Notes under the pieces: model-generated | Database searches by the model: none | What the model was told of the DNA's origin: nothing | The model's input: the letters and a program-made list of their open reading frames with translations, nothing else | NCBI RefSeq assembly: GCF_000179635.2 | Contig: NC_014833.1 | Span: forward strand, 750,001 to 782,000 | Reading direction: 5' to 3' | Length of the DNA stretch: 32,000 nucleotides | Origin: Ruminococcus albus 7 = DSM 20455 | GTDB lineage: Bacteria > Bacillota > Clostridia > Oscillospirales > Ruminococcaceae | Program-made: the position numbers and the translations under genes | In this document: one piece after another, positions 23,156-32,000 of the stretch | How the letters are laid out: every line of letters starts with the position of its first letter | Numbering within the stretch: position 1 is the stretch's first letter

Positions 23156-24625
23156 TTATTGTGTATGGATACGGGGATTGATATAGACCATTATCCCCGA
23201 ACGATTACAGCCGTTTGCTGCCGGTATGGTATCACGACGGAGATAGCCGTATTCTTCCAGCATCTCCATTGTCTCACCGAAGTCGGCGGCATTCTTGAAC
23301 AGCGTACAACGGCAGAGTTTGTATAAATCATTCTGCCTGATGTTGTTTATGTGCTTGGAGCGTATCTTGTTGAGTACCCTCTCAGCTTTAATCGTGCCGA
23401 GATCAACGTCACCGAGACTGTAAGCGTAGATAGCCTGTTCACGGAAATACTCGCCTATCTCAATGGCATTGCAGAATGTATCTAACGTGACACGGTTCTC
23501 TACGGGGTTCCTGTCATTCAATGCACACTTGATGCAGTGAATGATACCGCACAGTCTGAGCAGTTCACCGTGATACTTGCCGCCCCAGTCTTTGCAGAAA
23601 GCCATATCAGTAACGAGATGCGGTTCGATGAAGTTGTTGTAGTAGTCAACGAACTCGCTGTATGCCTTTGCATCGAAATGCAGATACAGCTCCTTTTCAT
23701 CGTGGTATGTGAACTTCGCACCGAGGAGCTTGTACACAAGGTTCTTGTAGTTTTCTGCGACCTGCTCAGGCACAGCCTGCGTATCATACTTGCGTGAACC
23801 GATATTGCTCACAGGAAAACAATACATGAACCTCGCTATCAGTCCGCTGCCCCTGAAAACGGGATTGTTTATCATACCGTCGAACACATAAGGCTGACAG
23901 GCAAGGCAGATGCTCATGTACGGCTTTTTCAGCACGATGCTTGCCCTGGTCGCTCTGTCGCTGATGTAGGTCTCGCCATTCCACGATTTCAGCAGAAGGT
24001 CGAGATTCGGCACGTTGTTGCTGTAACGTCCGCTGAAATTACCAAGCATTCCGGCTTCGTCCGAGATCATAAGCAGAGTACCGTTTTCTTCGAGTAGGTT
24101 CACAAGGGATTCGGGAGTAACATCATCCACGGCTATCCTGCGGAAGTTGCTGGGCGGGATATTGCTCAGTTCTGTTTGCAGTTTTGCTATCTCCTCAGCG
24201 GTAACGTCTTTCTTCTTTTCAAGTGCTTCGAGCTTGCCTTGTAGGAGCTTGCGTTCCGCCTGAGATGTGAATATGTCCTGCTTGTTGTTCTCGTTCCAGT
24301 CATGGGCGAACTGAATGTACGGACGCTTTATCAGCGACATAACAGGTGACTTCTTGAAGCTCGGCTCGGCTATGGTCAGGGTGTCAAGCACAAGCGGCTC
24401 CGTATGGTCACGCTTGGCGGACATTCGGTATACTCCCGAAAAGCAGTAGCTCACTGCTGAGAGTATAGATGTGCCTGCCATTGCAACGTCCGTTGATGTG
24501 GTTGTTGCTATTGCGTCAGCCATATCACCTATAATAGGTGGGAGCGCGTTCACAGGGAACGGCAGGAGATTCGTCCCGTCGGGACGTAGTGGTATGGGCT
24601 TTGCCCACTGTGTTACATTGTCCAA
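23156..24625 (-). CDS. DUF3987-like protein (IME-2)
   Basis: The track ORF (to 25066) has a 147-codon N-terminal extension with no counterpart in IME-1, and it crosses the divergent promoter region. TTG at 24625 (LDNVTQWAKPIPLRPDGTNLLPFPVNALPPIIGDM) with AAAGGACGA upstream mirrors the IME-1 TTG start and gives 489 aa. Confidence 0.78.
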   Translation of the reverse strand: MDNVTQWAKPIPLRPDGTNLLPFPVNALPPIIGDMADAIATTTSTDVAMAGTSILSAVSYCFSGVYRMSAKRDHTEPLVLDTLTIAEPSFKKSPVMSLIKRPYIQFAHDWNENNKQDIFTSQAERKLLQGKLEALEKKKDVTAEEIAKLQTELSNIPPSNFRRIAVDDVTPESLVNLLEENGTLLMISDEAGMLGNFSGRYSNNVPNLDLLLKSWNGETYISDRATRASIVLKKPYMSICLACQPYVFDGMINNPVFRGSGLIARFMYCFPVSNIGSRKYDTQAVPEQVAENYKNLVYKLLGAKFTYHDEKELYLHFDAKAYSEFVDYYNNFIEPHLVTDMAFCKDWGGKYHGELLRLCGIIHCIKCALNDRNPVENRVTLDTFCNAIEIGEYFREQAIYAYSLGDVDLGTIKAERVLNKIRSKHINNIRQNDLYKLCRCTLFKNAADFGETMEMLEEYGYLRRDTIPAANGCNRSGIMVYINPRIHTQ

Positions 24626-24845
24626 TGAATTATCATCGTCCTTTCTGATTTGATCTATAAAAGCACTTTTATATGTATAGCGGTCAACATCGTCATGTTG
24701 CTCCGCTGTCAGAAGTCTTTCGCAACTGACATGAACATTGTAACATTTCTTTCGGAGGGCTTGTGCGTGTATTGCGTATTTACGCAAAATAATACGCAAG
24801 ATATTTTTAAATACGAATATAATCACGCAATAATACGCATTATAA

Positions 24846-24874
24846 TTGACAGTTTGCGTGTTATATGCTATAAT
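24846..24874 (+). promoter_or_regulatory. Promoter of the Cys-rich backbone ORF (IME-2)
   Basis: TTGACA (24846-24851), 17-nt spacer, TATAAT (24869-24874). Embedded in a cluster of TACGCAA/TTGCGTA motifs. Confidence 0.6.
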
Positions 24875-24904
24875 GGAAAAAGATACTGAAAGCGAGGAGA
24901 GCGT

Positions 24905-25924
24905 ATGGGAACTACGACAATTTACCGTATAAACGAAACAGACCGCACGATAAATATCGCACAGTCTGTTAATGATACCGATGAAAGTGTTCATGGCGCT
25001 GTTCTGAATACAAGAACGTTCGACTTTGATGAGCTGATGAATCAGCATAAAGTGTTCTGCGAGCATACCGAGCCTTACGATGCGTTCAGGGACAGGCTCA
25101 ACAGCGCCTTGCGTATTGACAGGAGCATTGATGTCAGCACCGATGATATGATTGCAAGGTTCGTTGCCGAGTATGGGGAAAACATATTCTTCCGTGGCTA
25201 TGTCTGCTCAGTTATTGAGTTCTATGACAAGGAGAGATATGTCCTGCTGAAACCGAATGACGTAGTTATCGCCAAGCTCAACAGAAGAAAGATACAGGAC
25301 GAAGTGTCAAAAAAGCTCATGGACTACATGGATACGCAATTTACGCTTATGAGAAGTGATGCGTATTTCAGCCATAAGGCAAATATGGAGCATTTTATGA
25401 TACAGCCTGGGCGGACGATCATTGCTGCCGACGAATACACTTATAATGTATTCCGTGAAAGCGATAACTGCCTGCTGACTATCCTTGCGGAGATCGGGCA
25501 GCTCGTTCATCAAAACAAGTGGACAGTCTGCGAGTGTGGTTTCTGCCATAAGCTGTTCCTCGGAACGGAAGGCGAGGTCTGCTGTCGCTCTGCTGAGTGC
25601 ATCGAAGCACAGAAACAGCAGAAAGAGGCTATTTACAAGGAGAATACCAAGGAATACTCTGCCGTCAAGCGTGATTATGATGCCTACGTCCGCAGATATA
25701 AGAAGATACTTGTAGAAGCAGGCATTGAGAAATATCATCCTGCCGAGTTTGACGAGTTTATGCAGGCAAAACAGGAGCGTATGGACGATATGGACAAGCT
25801 CAAAAAACGCCTGATACGGAACGGTTTACCGACCAAGGAGCTTTTTGAGCTTGGGGCTAAGTATAAGGCTGAGATAAAGGCGTTGGCTGATGAGCTGGTT
25901 GAGAGGTTCGGAAAGAAAGTCTGA
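24905..25924 (+). CDS. Conserved IME backbone protein with Cys-rich motif (paralog of 9558..10553)
   Basis: 339 aa, RBS GAGGAGAG, motif CECGFCHKLFLGTEGEVCCRSAEC. Confidence 0.8.
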   Translation: MGTTTIYRINETDRTINIAQSVNDTDESVHGAVLNTRTFDFDELMNQHKVFCEHTEPYDAFRDRLNSALRIDRSIDVSTDDMIARFVAEYGENIFFRGYVCSVIEFYDKERYVLLKPNDVVIAKLNRRKIQDEVSKKLMDYMDTQFTLMRSDAYFSHKANMEHFMIQPGRTIIAADEYTYNVFRESDNCLLTILAEIGQLVHQNKWTVCECGFCHKLFLGTEGEVCCRSAECIEAQKQQKEAIYKENTKEYSAVKRDYDAYVRRYKKILVEAGIEKYHPAEFDEFMQAKQERMDDMDKLKKRLIRNGLPTKELFELGAKYKAEIKALADELVERFGKKV

Positions 25925-25989
25925 ACTTTGAATCCAGTGGGTTCAAAGTTATATGGTATCGAATTTTAGGCAATTTACGGGTTTTCAGG

Positions 25990-26018
25990 TTGCTTTTTCA
26001 GCAAATTTGTGTTATAAT
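25990..26018 (+). promoter_or_regulatory. Cargo promoter of IME-2 (extended -10)
   Basis: TTGCTT (25990-25995), 17-nt spacer, TGtTATAAT (-10 at 26013-26018). Sequence around the -10 is conserved with IME-1. Confidence 0.55.
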
Positions 26019-28423
26019 GTAATTTGGATATTTGTTTTTAACATATAAAGCATCATAAGGAGAATAGTTATGGGCATTTCAAGCAAAGAAACAGCAAAAT
26101 CGAAGCTCTCTGAGCTGATTGAACGATATAATAATACGCTCAAAGGTAAAGACCATAAAGACATCAGTGAAGAAACTATCCGTACCTGGCTTAATGAATT
26201 GCTTGCTATTTTCGGTTGGGATGTTCAAAATACTGCTCAGGTACTTCAGGAACGTGTGCTGAACAATCAGCAGGTGAAAAAGCTCAAAGAAATCAGTTCA
26301 ACCCATAAAAAGCCTGATTACACATTGATGAACGGCACTAATATCAAATCATTCTTAGATGCTAAATCTCTTGATGTAAATATATTCACCAGTAAAGAAA
26401 CTGCCTTCCAAATTCGTTCATACGGTTGGTCTGCACAGTCCCCATGTGCATTTGTATCAAACTTTGAGCAGTTCGTAATCTATGATACCCGATTTGTCCC
26501 ATCGCCTGATCAGAGTGCTGCTATGGGAACAAAGCAGTATTCAATAGATGAGTATATTGAATATTTTGATACCCTGTACGAGCATTTATGGCATGATAAT
26601 ATCTGTTCCAACCATCTTGAACAGCTTTATAAGACAAAAGCCATTGAAGGCAATAACCAGCTCGACAGCAACTTTATGCTCATGCTGTCTGATTTCAGAA
26701 TTAAGCTTGCAAGAAGATTGGTAGAGCTTAATCCCAATGTAATAAACAACGATTCGCTGCTCAATTACTATGTTCAGGTGATTCTTGACCGTATCATCTT
26801 CATCAGAGTATGCGAATCGAAAGAAATAGAAAAACACGAAAAGTTAAAGCATTTTCTTTCTGACGAAAACGGATTCTGGAATTCATTCAAGAACAGCTGC
26901 TATATGGAGTTCTATGACCATTATGACGGAGCTATGTTCAAGCGTGACGAACTATTCCAGAGCCTTAATATCGACAACGATGTTTTTGCAGAGTTTGTTA
27001 ACGGCTTGTATTACCCATTTCCATACCGTTTTGACGTAATTCCTGTTAAGGTTATTGCTAACATCTATGAAGAATTCCTTGGTAAACAGCTTGTTATTAA
27101 CAATGGCAGGATAGAGGAAGTCACAAAATCCGAATATGTTAAAACAAACGGAGCTGTCTGCACTCCAGAGCATATTGTGGATATGATTTGTAAGCAGACT
27201 GTTGACCTTTCAGCTGTAAAAACAATAGATGACATCTTCAATATCAAAGTGCTTGATCCTTGTTGCGGTTCAGGTGTTTTTGCTGTGTCCGTTTATGAAC
27301 TGCTTACAAAGAAAATGATTGCAATCCTCAGCTCCGATGAAAATGAACGTAGCAAATACAGCGATTATTTCTATGTTCAAGACGATATCTTTATGCTCAC
27401 GATAGCAGGCAGACGAGCTATTGTAACAAACTGCATTCATGGGATAGACTGCGATGAAGCTGCCATAGAAGTAACGAAGATGTCATTAGCCATGAAAATC
27501 GTTGACGGCAACAATACATTGGCTTGGAATGGTATAGGTGCATTTGGTGAGAAGATACTCCGTGATATAGACGGCAATATAAAGCTCGGAAACACGTTGG
27601 TAAGCACAGATAATCATATTCCGGCAAAGTATATTGCAGAAATCAAGCCTTTTGACATTAAGATCGCTTTTGCTGATGTTTTCAGTAAAAACAAAGGCTT
27701 TTCCTATGTAATAGGCAATCCTCCTTATGTTGAAACAAAGCATTTCAAGGCAGCACAGCCATTGATGCACGATTATTTAAGCACAAAGTATAGCTCATTT
27801 GAGGGTAAAGCTGACCTTTCGGTATTATTTATCGAGAAATGTATCAGCATACTTGCACCGAACGGAAAACTCGGATTTATAATTCAGAGACGTTGGTTCA
27901 AAACTGATTACGGACGTTCGATCCGTACTCTGATCAATGAAGGAAAGTACCTTGAAAAGCTGATCGACTTTAAGTCAACAGATATTTTCAAAGGCAGAAT
28001 CACCTATGTTTCGATCATGGTTCTCTCCAAAAAGAAAAATGATAGCGTTCAATACTTCTTTATGCCTTCGGAAGCCGAGGACATTAAGACTATATTTGAA
28101 AACAGCGAAGATAACGGCGATTTTGCAAGTTGCGACTTCGCTTCATTACCAATAAAAACAGGCACAGAGAGCTGGTCTTATGACAACTATCAGATTGAAG
28201 AAATCAAAAAGAGACTCGCCGAAACCTGCGGTGTCCTGGGAGATTATCCGAAGTTGGATGTAAAGGACGGTATTCAGGCTCTTTGGAAGAAGATGTATCA
28301 TCTTACTAATTGTCATATAGATGGAAAATATATCATCGGTAAGAACGGATTTAAGGAAACTGTAAAAGTCGAAAAGGATGCTGTAAAGGCAGTAATCTAT
28401 AACCGAGAATTCTATCCCTTTAA

Positions 28424-29529
28424 GGCAACACCGCACAACTTGCGCAGCAGCCCAAAAAATGATATAATAAAAGTATGAAAAGCAATCTTCAAACCTCACT
28501 CTTCGGCGATGCCTTCCAGAGTGCAAAGACCAACAAAAAACAGTTCCTTGAGAAAATGGATTCTCTGATCCCTTGGCAAGACTGGGTTTCTATAATATCT
28601 CCGATTTATTATGAAGGGAAAGTCGGACAGAAGCCATACCCAATCGAGCTGATGCTCAGGATCCATATTCTCCAGAATTTCTATGACCTCGCAGATATGG
28701 CCGTTATGTATGAGATACTCGACAGCCGCTCTTTCTCTGATTTCTGCGGCGTATCATCTCCCGATGATGTTCCCAACGGCGATACTATCGGCCGATTCAG
28801 ACAGCTGCTTATCGACAACAATATCCAAGAGCAGATATTCGCGCAGGTCATCAGCATCCTGGATAAGAATCATCTCATCCTGAAGAAAGGTACTATCGTC
28901 GATTCGACACTTATTGCCGCGCCCTCCTCCACAAAAAATGCTGACAGGCAGCGCGACCCCGATGCGCATTCTGTCAAGAAAGGCAATCAATGGTATTTCG
29001 GATACAAGGCGCATATCGGTGTCGATAAGGACACCGGCCTTGTTCACCACGTCAAGGCGACCGCTGCAAATGTACACGATACGGAAGCCGTCGATGACGT
29101 GATCGATGGCGATGAAGATGAAATATACGGAGATTCGGGATATCTGAATGTTGAGGAGCATATATCGGAGGAAAAGCAAAAAGAGGGGCGGGAGTATCAC
29201 ATCAACCGCCGGCGCGGTGCAAAGAAGAAACTGGAGCCTAATGATCAGTTGGTTTTTGAGATAGAAGAGTTTGCGAAGTCCACAGTACGTTCAAAGGTCG
29301 AGCACGTTTTCGGAGTTGTGAAGCGACTGTTCCGATTCCGACGAACGCGGTACCGTGGCTTGCGAAAACAACAAGCCAAATTTAATATGATATTCGCGCT
29401 GGCGAATCTTTATCTGGCTGACAAGAAAAACTTGCTGGCTTGATAAAGTGCGCCCTGCGAACAGGATCTTGGGCAGGCATATCTGTTTGGGGTATGTCTT
29501 GCTTTAGAGGTCATTTGTGCGGTGTTGCC
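28424..29529 (+). mobile_element. IS5-family insertion sequence (1106 bp)
   Basis: Perfect terminal inverted repeat: with the flanking TTAA it reads TTAAGGCAACACCGCACAA at 28420-28438 and its reverse complement at 29515-29533. I interpret this as a GGCAAC... IS end plus a 4-bp TTAA target duplication. A 3-bp TAA/TTA duplication cannot be excluded because TTAA is palindromic. Confidence 0.85.
28475..29443 (+). CDS. IS5-family DDE transposase
   Basis: 322 aa. Recalled similarity to the IS5 transposase: KPYPIELMLRIHILQNFYDLAD, GTIVDSTLIAAPSSTKN..RQRDP.AHSVKKGNQWYFGYKAHIGVD, VEHVFGVVKR.F...R.RYRGL.K. Confidence 0.92.
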   Translation: MKSNLQTSLFGDAFQSAKTNKKQFLEKMDSLIPWQDWVSIISPIYYEGKVGQKPYPIELMLRIHILQNFYDLADMAVMYEILDSRSFSDFCGVSSPDDVPNGDTIGRFRQLLIDNNIQEQIFAQVISILDKNHLILKKGTIVDSTLIAAPSSTKNADRQRDPDAHSVKKGNQWYFGYKAHIGVDKDTGLVHHVKATAANVHDTEAVDDVIDGDEDEIYGDSGYLNVEEHISEEKQKEGREYHINRRRGAKKKLEPNDQLVFEIEEFAKSTVRSKVEHVFGVVKRLFRFRRTRYRGLRKQQAKFNMIFALANLYLADKKNLLA

Positions 29530-30249
29530 TTAAAAAAGTTGAGCCCGATGCTTACTGCGTATTCCCTTATGAAGGGGCAAACAATGACATTATTCCTTTT
29601 CCGGAGCTTAAAGAGAAATATCCTTTATTAGCTGAATACCTGTCAGCAAATAAACAGCGGATCACCGAGCAGGTTGAGTGCTATGAAGGTGATTTGTGGC
29701 ATAGATTTACCCGTGAACACAACCACACACTATATAATGTGGATAAGATCATTATTCCGATGACTGCAAGAGATACGATCGCAACATTCATCAACGACAA
29801 AGGTCTGTATATGGATAATGCGAATGTGTGGTTCATCACTATTAAGGGAGCATCCGCCAATCTTATGAAAGCTATCACTTGCATCATCAATTCAACAATA
29901 TTCACGGTTCTTGGCAAATCGGGAGCTAATCCTCAGAGTGGTGGATACTACAAGTTTAATAAGCAATTCCTGATGCCTATTCCTTTTCCTATTAATGCAA
30001 TCAATGAGAAAGCTAAATGTGTAGCAACACTCGCCAACTATTATGATGTGATTTCTGAGTTACAGGAACAGTATTTATCAGCGACTTTCAATACCAAAGA
30101 AATCATTGCAGGACAACTCAGACAGCTATGGTTTGAACTTGATGATATTTGCTGTGAACTATACAAAGTAACTGCTCAGGATAGACAGCAGATTATTAAT
30201 ATGGGACGAACGGTAAGCCGTATCGACCTTCTGAATGGAGTTAAGTGAT

Positions 30250-32000
30250 ATGAACATAAAACAGCTTGTAAATAAGTTGCTGAAAATATCAGGTGATGTT
30301 ACAAGCATCGAGAAGGCATTGGTTTACTCTTTTGCTGATAAAATCGCTGTTGATACTAATAAGAGTCAGTGGTTGAAGAACTACTTATCAGATATTGATT
30401 ATTCTATTGTAGATAAGGTCAATCAGATCACAGAGAGTAAGCTGACATTAAATGAACTTATCGCTATTTTTGAGATGCTCGTTCCTCAAAGCGAAAAGAA
30501 GGAAAAAGGCGTAGTGTACACTCCTGAGATCATAACAAAATATATCGTCAGTCACACGCTTAACTGTAACAATATACCTACCGTACTTGATCCTTCATGT
30601 GGCTGTGGTGCTTTTCTTGTTACAGCTGCCGAATATATACACGAAAGATATAGTATTTCGTATTCTGATATAATCTCATCTTATCTTTATGGTGTTGATA
30701 TAGACAGCAATGCAATAGACAGGATCAAGTCTTTGCTATCATTAATTGTTCTCATGAATGGCGAAGAAGAAAAATGCAGCTTTAATTTTATATGTTCAGA
30801 TACGCTTGATAAGAAAACGTATGATAAACTTCAGAAAATGCATAAGAACGGCTTCGATTGCGTAGTGGGCAATCCTCCGTATGTTCGTAATAAAAACATG
30901 AGTGAAGACACAAAACGTCATTTGACTAATTGGGTATCATCATCAATTGGTAATGTTGATCTGTACATTCCTTTCTTTGAGATAGGTATTAACCTGCTCT
31001 CTGATAACGGCAGGCTTGGTTATATCTCACCAAACAGTTATCTGCAAGGCGTAAACGGAAGAAGTCTCAGGAAGTATTTTGCTGCTGAACAGCATCAGCT
31101 TGAAATTATTGATTTCAGGGATAGTCAGGTTTTTGAAAATGTTACAAGCTATACTTGCATAACTCTTATAGACAAGTCTGTTAAAACAGATGCTATCAAG
31201 TATTTCAGGTTAAATGAATCCAATACATTGGAAAAGCATACTTTCTCTGAGTATCATTTTACTGACTTCCCTGATGGCAAACCGTGGAGAATGAGAGAGA
31301 GCAGTATTGATGAGGTGATCCATAAGCTTGAATCATCAGGCACTCCGTTATCAAACTGGAAAATCCGTAATGGTCTTGCCACCTTGAAGAATGATATTTA
31401 CTTCTTTGCCCCGATAAAAGAAGACAATACATATTATTATAGAGAATATGACGGTAAGACATATAAAATAGAAAAGAAGCTCTGTATTAAAGTTGCTAAA
31501 CCGAACATCATCAAAAATGAAGCAGAGCTGGAAAAGAAAATGGAAATCGCTATTTTTCCATACACGCATACGGATAATGCTTATCAGCTTATTGATGAGG
31601 AATTGTTTAAATCTTCTTTTCCCGAAGCATATAATTTTCTTACCGAATACAAATCCATATTGCTTAACAGAGATAAGGGACACGGAAACTATCCTGCCTG
31701 GTATGCGTATGGAAGAACTCAGGGCATGAATAACTTTGGCAAGAAACTTCTAATTCCATATATAAGCGGAAGTCCTGTCGCTGTTATGTCCTTAGATCCC
31801 GATGTGTTATTCTACTGCGGATATGCTTTGCTCTCCGAGGATATTGAGGAACTGAAAATACTTAAAGTTTTTCTTGAATCAGAAGCGTTCTGGTATTATA
31901 TCTTCCACACAAGCAAGCCATACTCTAAGGGATATATGGCTTTTGCGAAGAATTACATAGTGAATTTTACAATACCTGAGCTTTCTGAAGAAGAAAAGAC
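30250..32000 (+). CDS. Eco57I-family N6-adenine DNA methyltransferase (companion M of the type IIG enzyme); 3' end is outside the window
   Basis: Not in the ORF track because it has no stop in the window. My translation from ATG 30250 is open to nt 32000: MNIKQLVNKLL...GVVYTPEIITKYIV...VLDPSCGCGAFL (motif I)...CVVGNPPYV (motif IV)...YAYGRTQGMN (TaqI_C-like). It starts 2 nt after the type IIG stop. Confidence 0.85.
   Translation, partial: MNIKQLVNKLLKISGDVTSIEKALVYSFADKIAVDTNKSQWLKNYLSDIDYSIVDKVNQITESKLTLNELIAIFEMLVPQSEKKEKGVVYTPEIITKYIVSHTLNCNNIPTVLDPSCGCGAFLVTAAEYIHERYSISYSDIISSYLYGVDIDSNAIDRIKSLLSLIVLMNGEEEKCSFNFICSDTLDKKTYDKLQKMHKNGFDCVVGNPPYVRNKNMSEDTKRHLTNWVSSSIGNVDLYIPFFEIGINLLSDNGRLGYISPNSYLQGVNGRSLRKYFAAEQHQLEIIDFRDSQVFENVTSYTCITLIDKSVKTDAIKYFRLNESNTLEKHTFSEYHFTDFPDGKPWRMRESSIDEVIHKLESSGTPLSNWKIRNGLATLKNDIYFFAPIKEDNTYYYREYDGKTYKIEKKLCIKVAKPNIIKNEAELEKKMEIAIFPYTHTDNAYQLIDEELFKSSFPEAYNFLTEYKSILLNRDKGHGNYPAWYAYGRTQGMNNFGKKLLIPYISGSPVAVMSLDPDVLFYCGYALLSEDIEELKILKVFLESEAFWYYIFHTSKPYSKGYMAFAKNYIVNFTIPELSEEEK

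Larger units (their letters stand above)
26070..30248 (+). pseudogene. Eco57I-like type IIG restriction endonuclease/N6-adenine methyltransferase, split by an IS5-family element
   Basis: N-terminal PD-ExK region (KKPDYTL...FLDAKSL), motif I VLDPCCGSGVF and motif IV VIGNPPYV. The frame breaks at 28423. After the IS (from 29530) the same frame continues ...KKVEPDAYCVFPYEG... into a TaqI_C-like recognition domain ending at TGA 30246-30248. The restored junction CCC TTT AAA AAA GTT GAG is in frame and gives about 1020 aa. Confidence 0.8.
19607..32000 (-). mobile_element. IME-2: second, related integrative mobilizable element in tandem; right end is beyond the window
   Basis: Same gene order as IME-1 with diverged paralogs. 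It begins at the internal att repeat. No third att copy was seen before nt 32000. Confidence 0.78.

Noticed and set aside
24626-25066. N-terminal 147-codon extension of the DUF3987-like ORF in IME-2
   Set aside because: It has no counterpart in the IME-1 paralog, is hydrophobic and low-complexity, and crosses the divergent promoter and the start of the opposite-strand gene. A conserved TTG start at 24625 explains the gene.
26070-28423. BREX PglX-type methylase interpretation of the large NPPY protein
   Set aside because: The N-terminus has a PD-ExK-like nuclease region (KPDY...DAK). The gene is followed directly by an Eco57I-type companion methylase. None of the other BREX genes are present in the visible flanks. 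The right flank is not fully visible, so this is not absolute.
1-32000. CRISPR arrays, rRNA genes, prophage structural genes, conjugation (T4SS/T4CP) genes
   Set aside because: I looked for regularly spaced short repeats and the relevant large ORFs and found none. The only multi-copy sequences are the att repeats, the IS copies and the paralogous IME backbones.

Overview
The window looks like a Firmicutes/Clostridia-type chromosome; that taxonomy is inferred from gene content, Shine-Dalgarno sites and promoters only. The left 4.1 kb is core genome. It holds the 3' part of a GH32 sucrose-6-phosphate hydrolase, a PfkB fructokinase, ptsH (HPr) and ptsI (Enzyme I), followed by a tRNA-Met(CAU)/tRNA-Glu(UUC) pair with its own promoter and terminator.

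From the 3' end of tRNA-Glu onward, the window is two related integrative mobilizable elements (IMEs) inserted in tandem. An ~84-bp direct repeat (last 23 nt of tRNA-Glu plus the downstream terminator) occurs at 4091-4174 and again at 19607-19691. Each copy is followed by a minus-strand tyrosine integrase. Both IMEs share one backbone: integrase, MobV/Pre relaxase, candidate oriT hairpin, small ORF, excisionase-type HTH, DUF3987-like protein, and a divergent Cys-rich ORF. A conserved extended -10 promoter then reads into a variable cargo slot.

IME-1 cargo (10.7-18.6 kb):
- An apparently intact DpnII/MboI-like GATC R-M: a Dam-class methylase, a 57-aa zinc-ribbon ORF absent from the ORF track, and a DpnII-family endonuclease.
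- An AIPR abortive-infection gene translationally coupled on both sides, to the endonuclease upstream and to a second, motif-permuted methylase downstream.
- A C-protein/small PD-ExK endonuclease operon destroyed by two identical inverted 1023-bp IS1595-family copies, each with its own 8-bp target duplication.
- An unknown 174-aa ORF.

IME-2 cargo: an Eco57I-like type IIG restriction-methylase split by an IS5-family element (TTAA duplication), plus an intact companion methylase that runs off the window.

No CRISPR array or rRNA was seen. I found no clearly unprecedented system. The best candidates for new biology are the promoter-equipped IME cargo slot, the R-AIPR-M2 coupled unit, the zinc-ribbon ORF and the 174-aa ORF.
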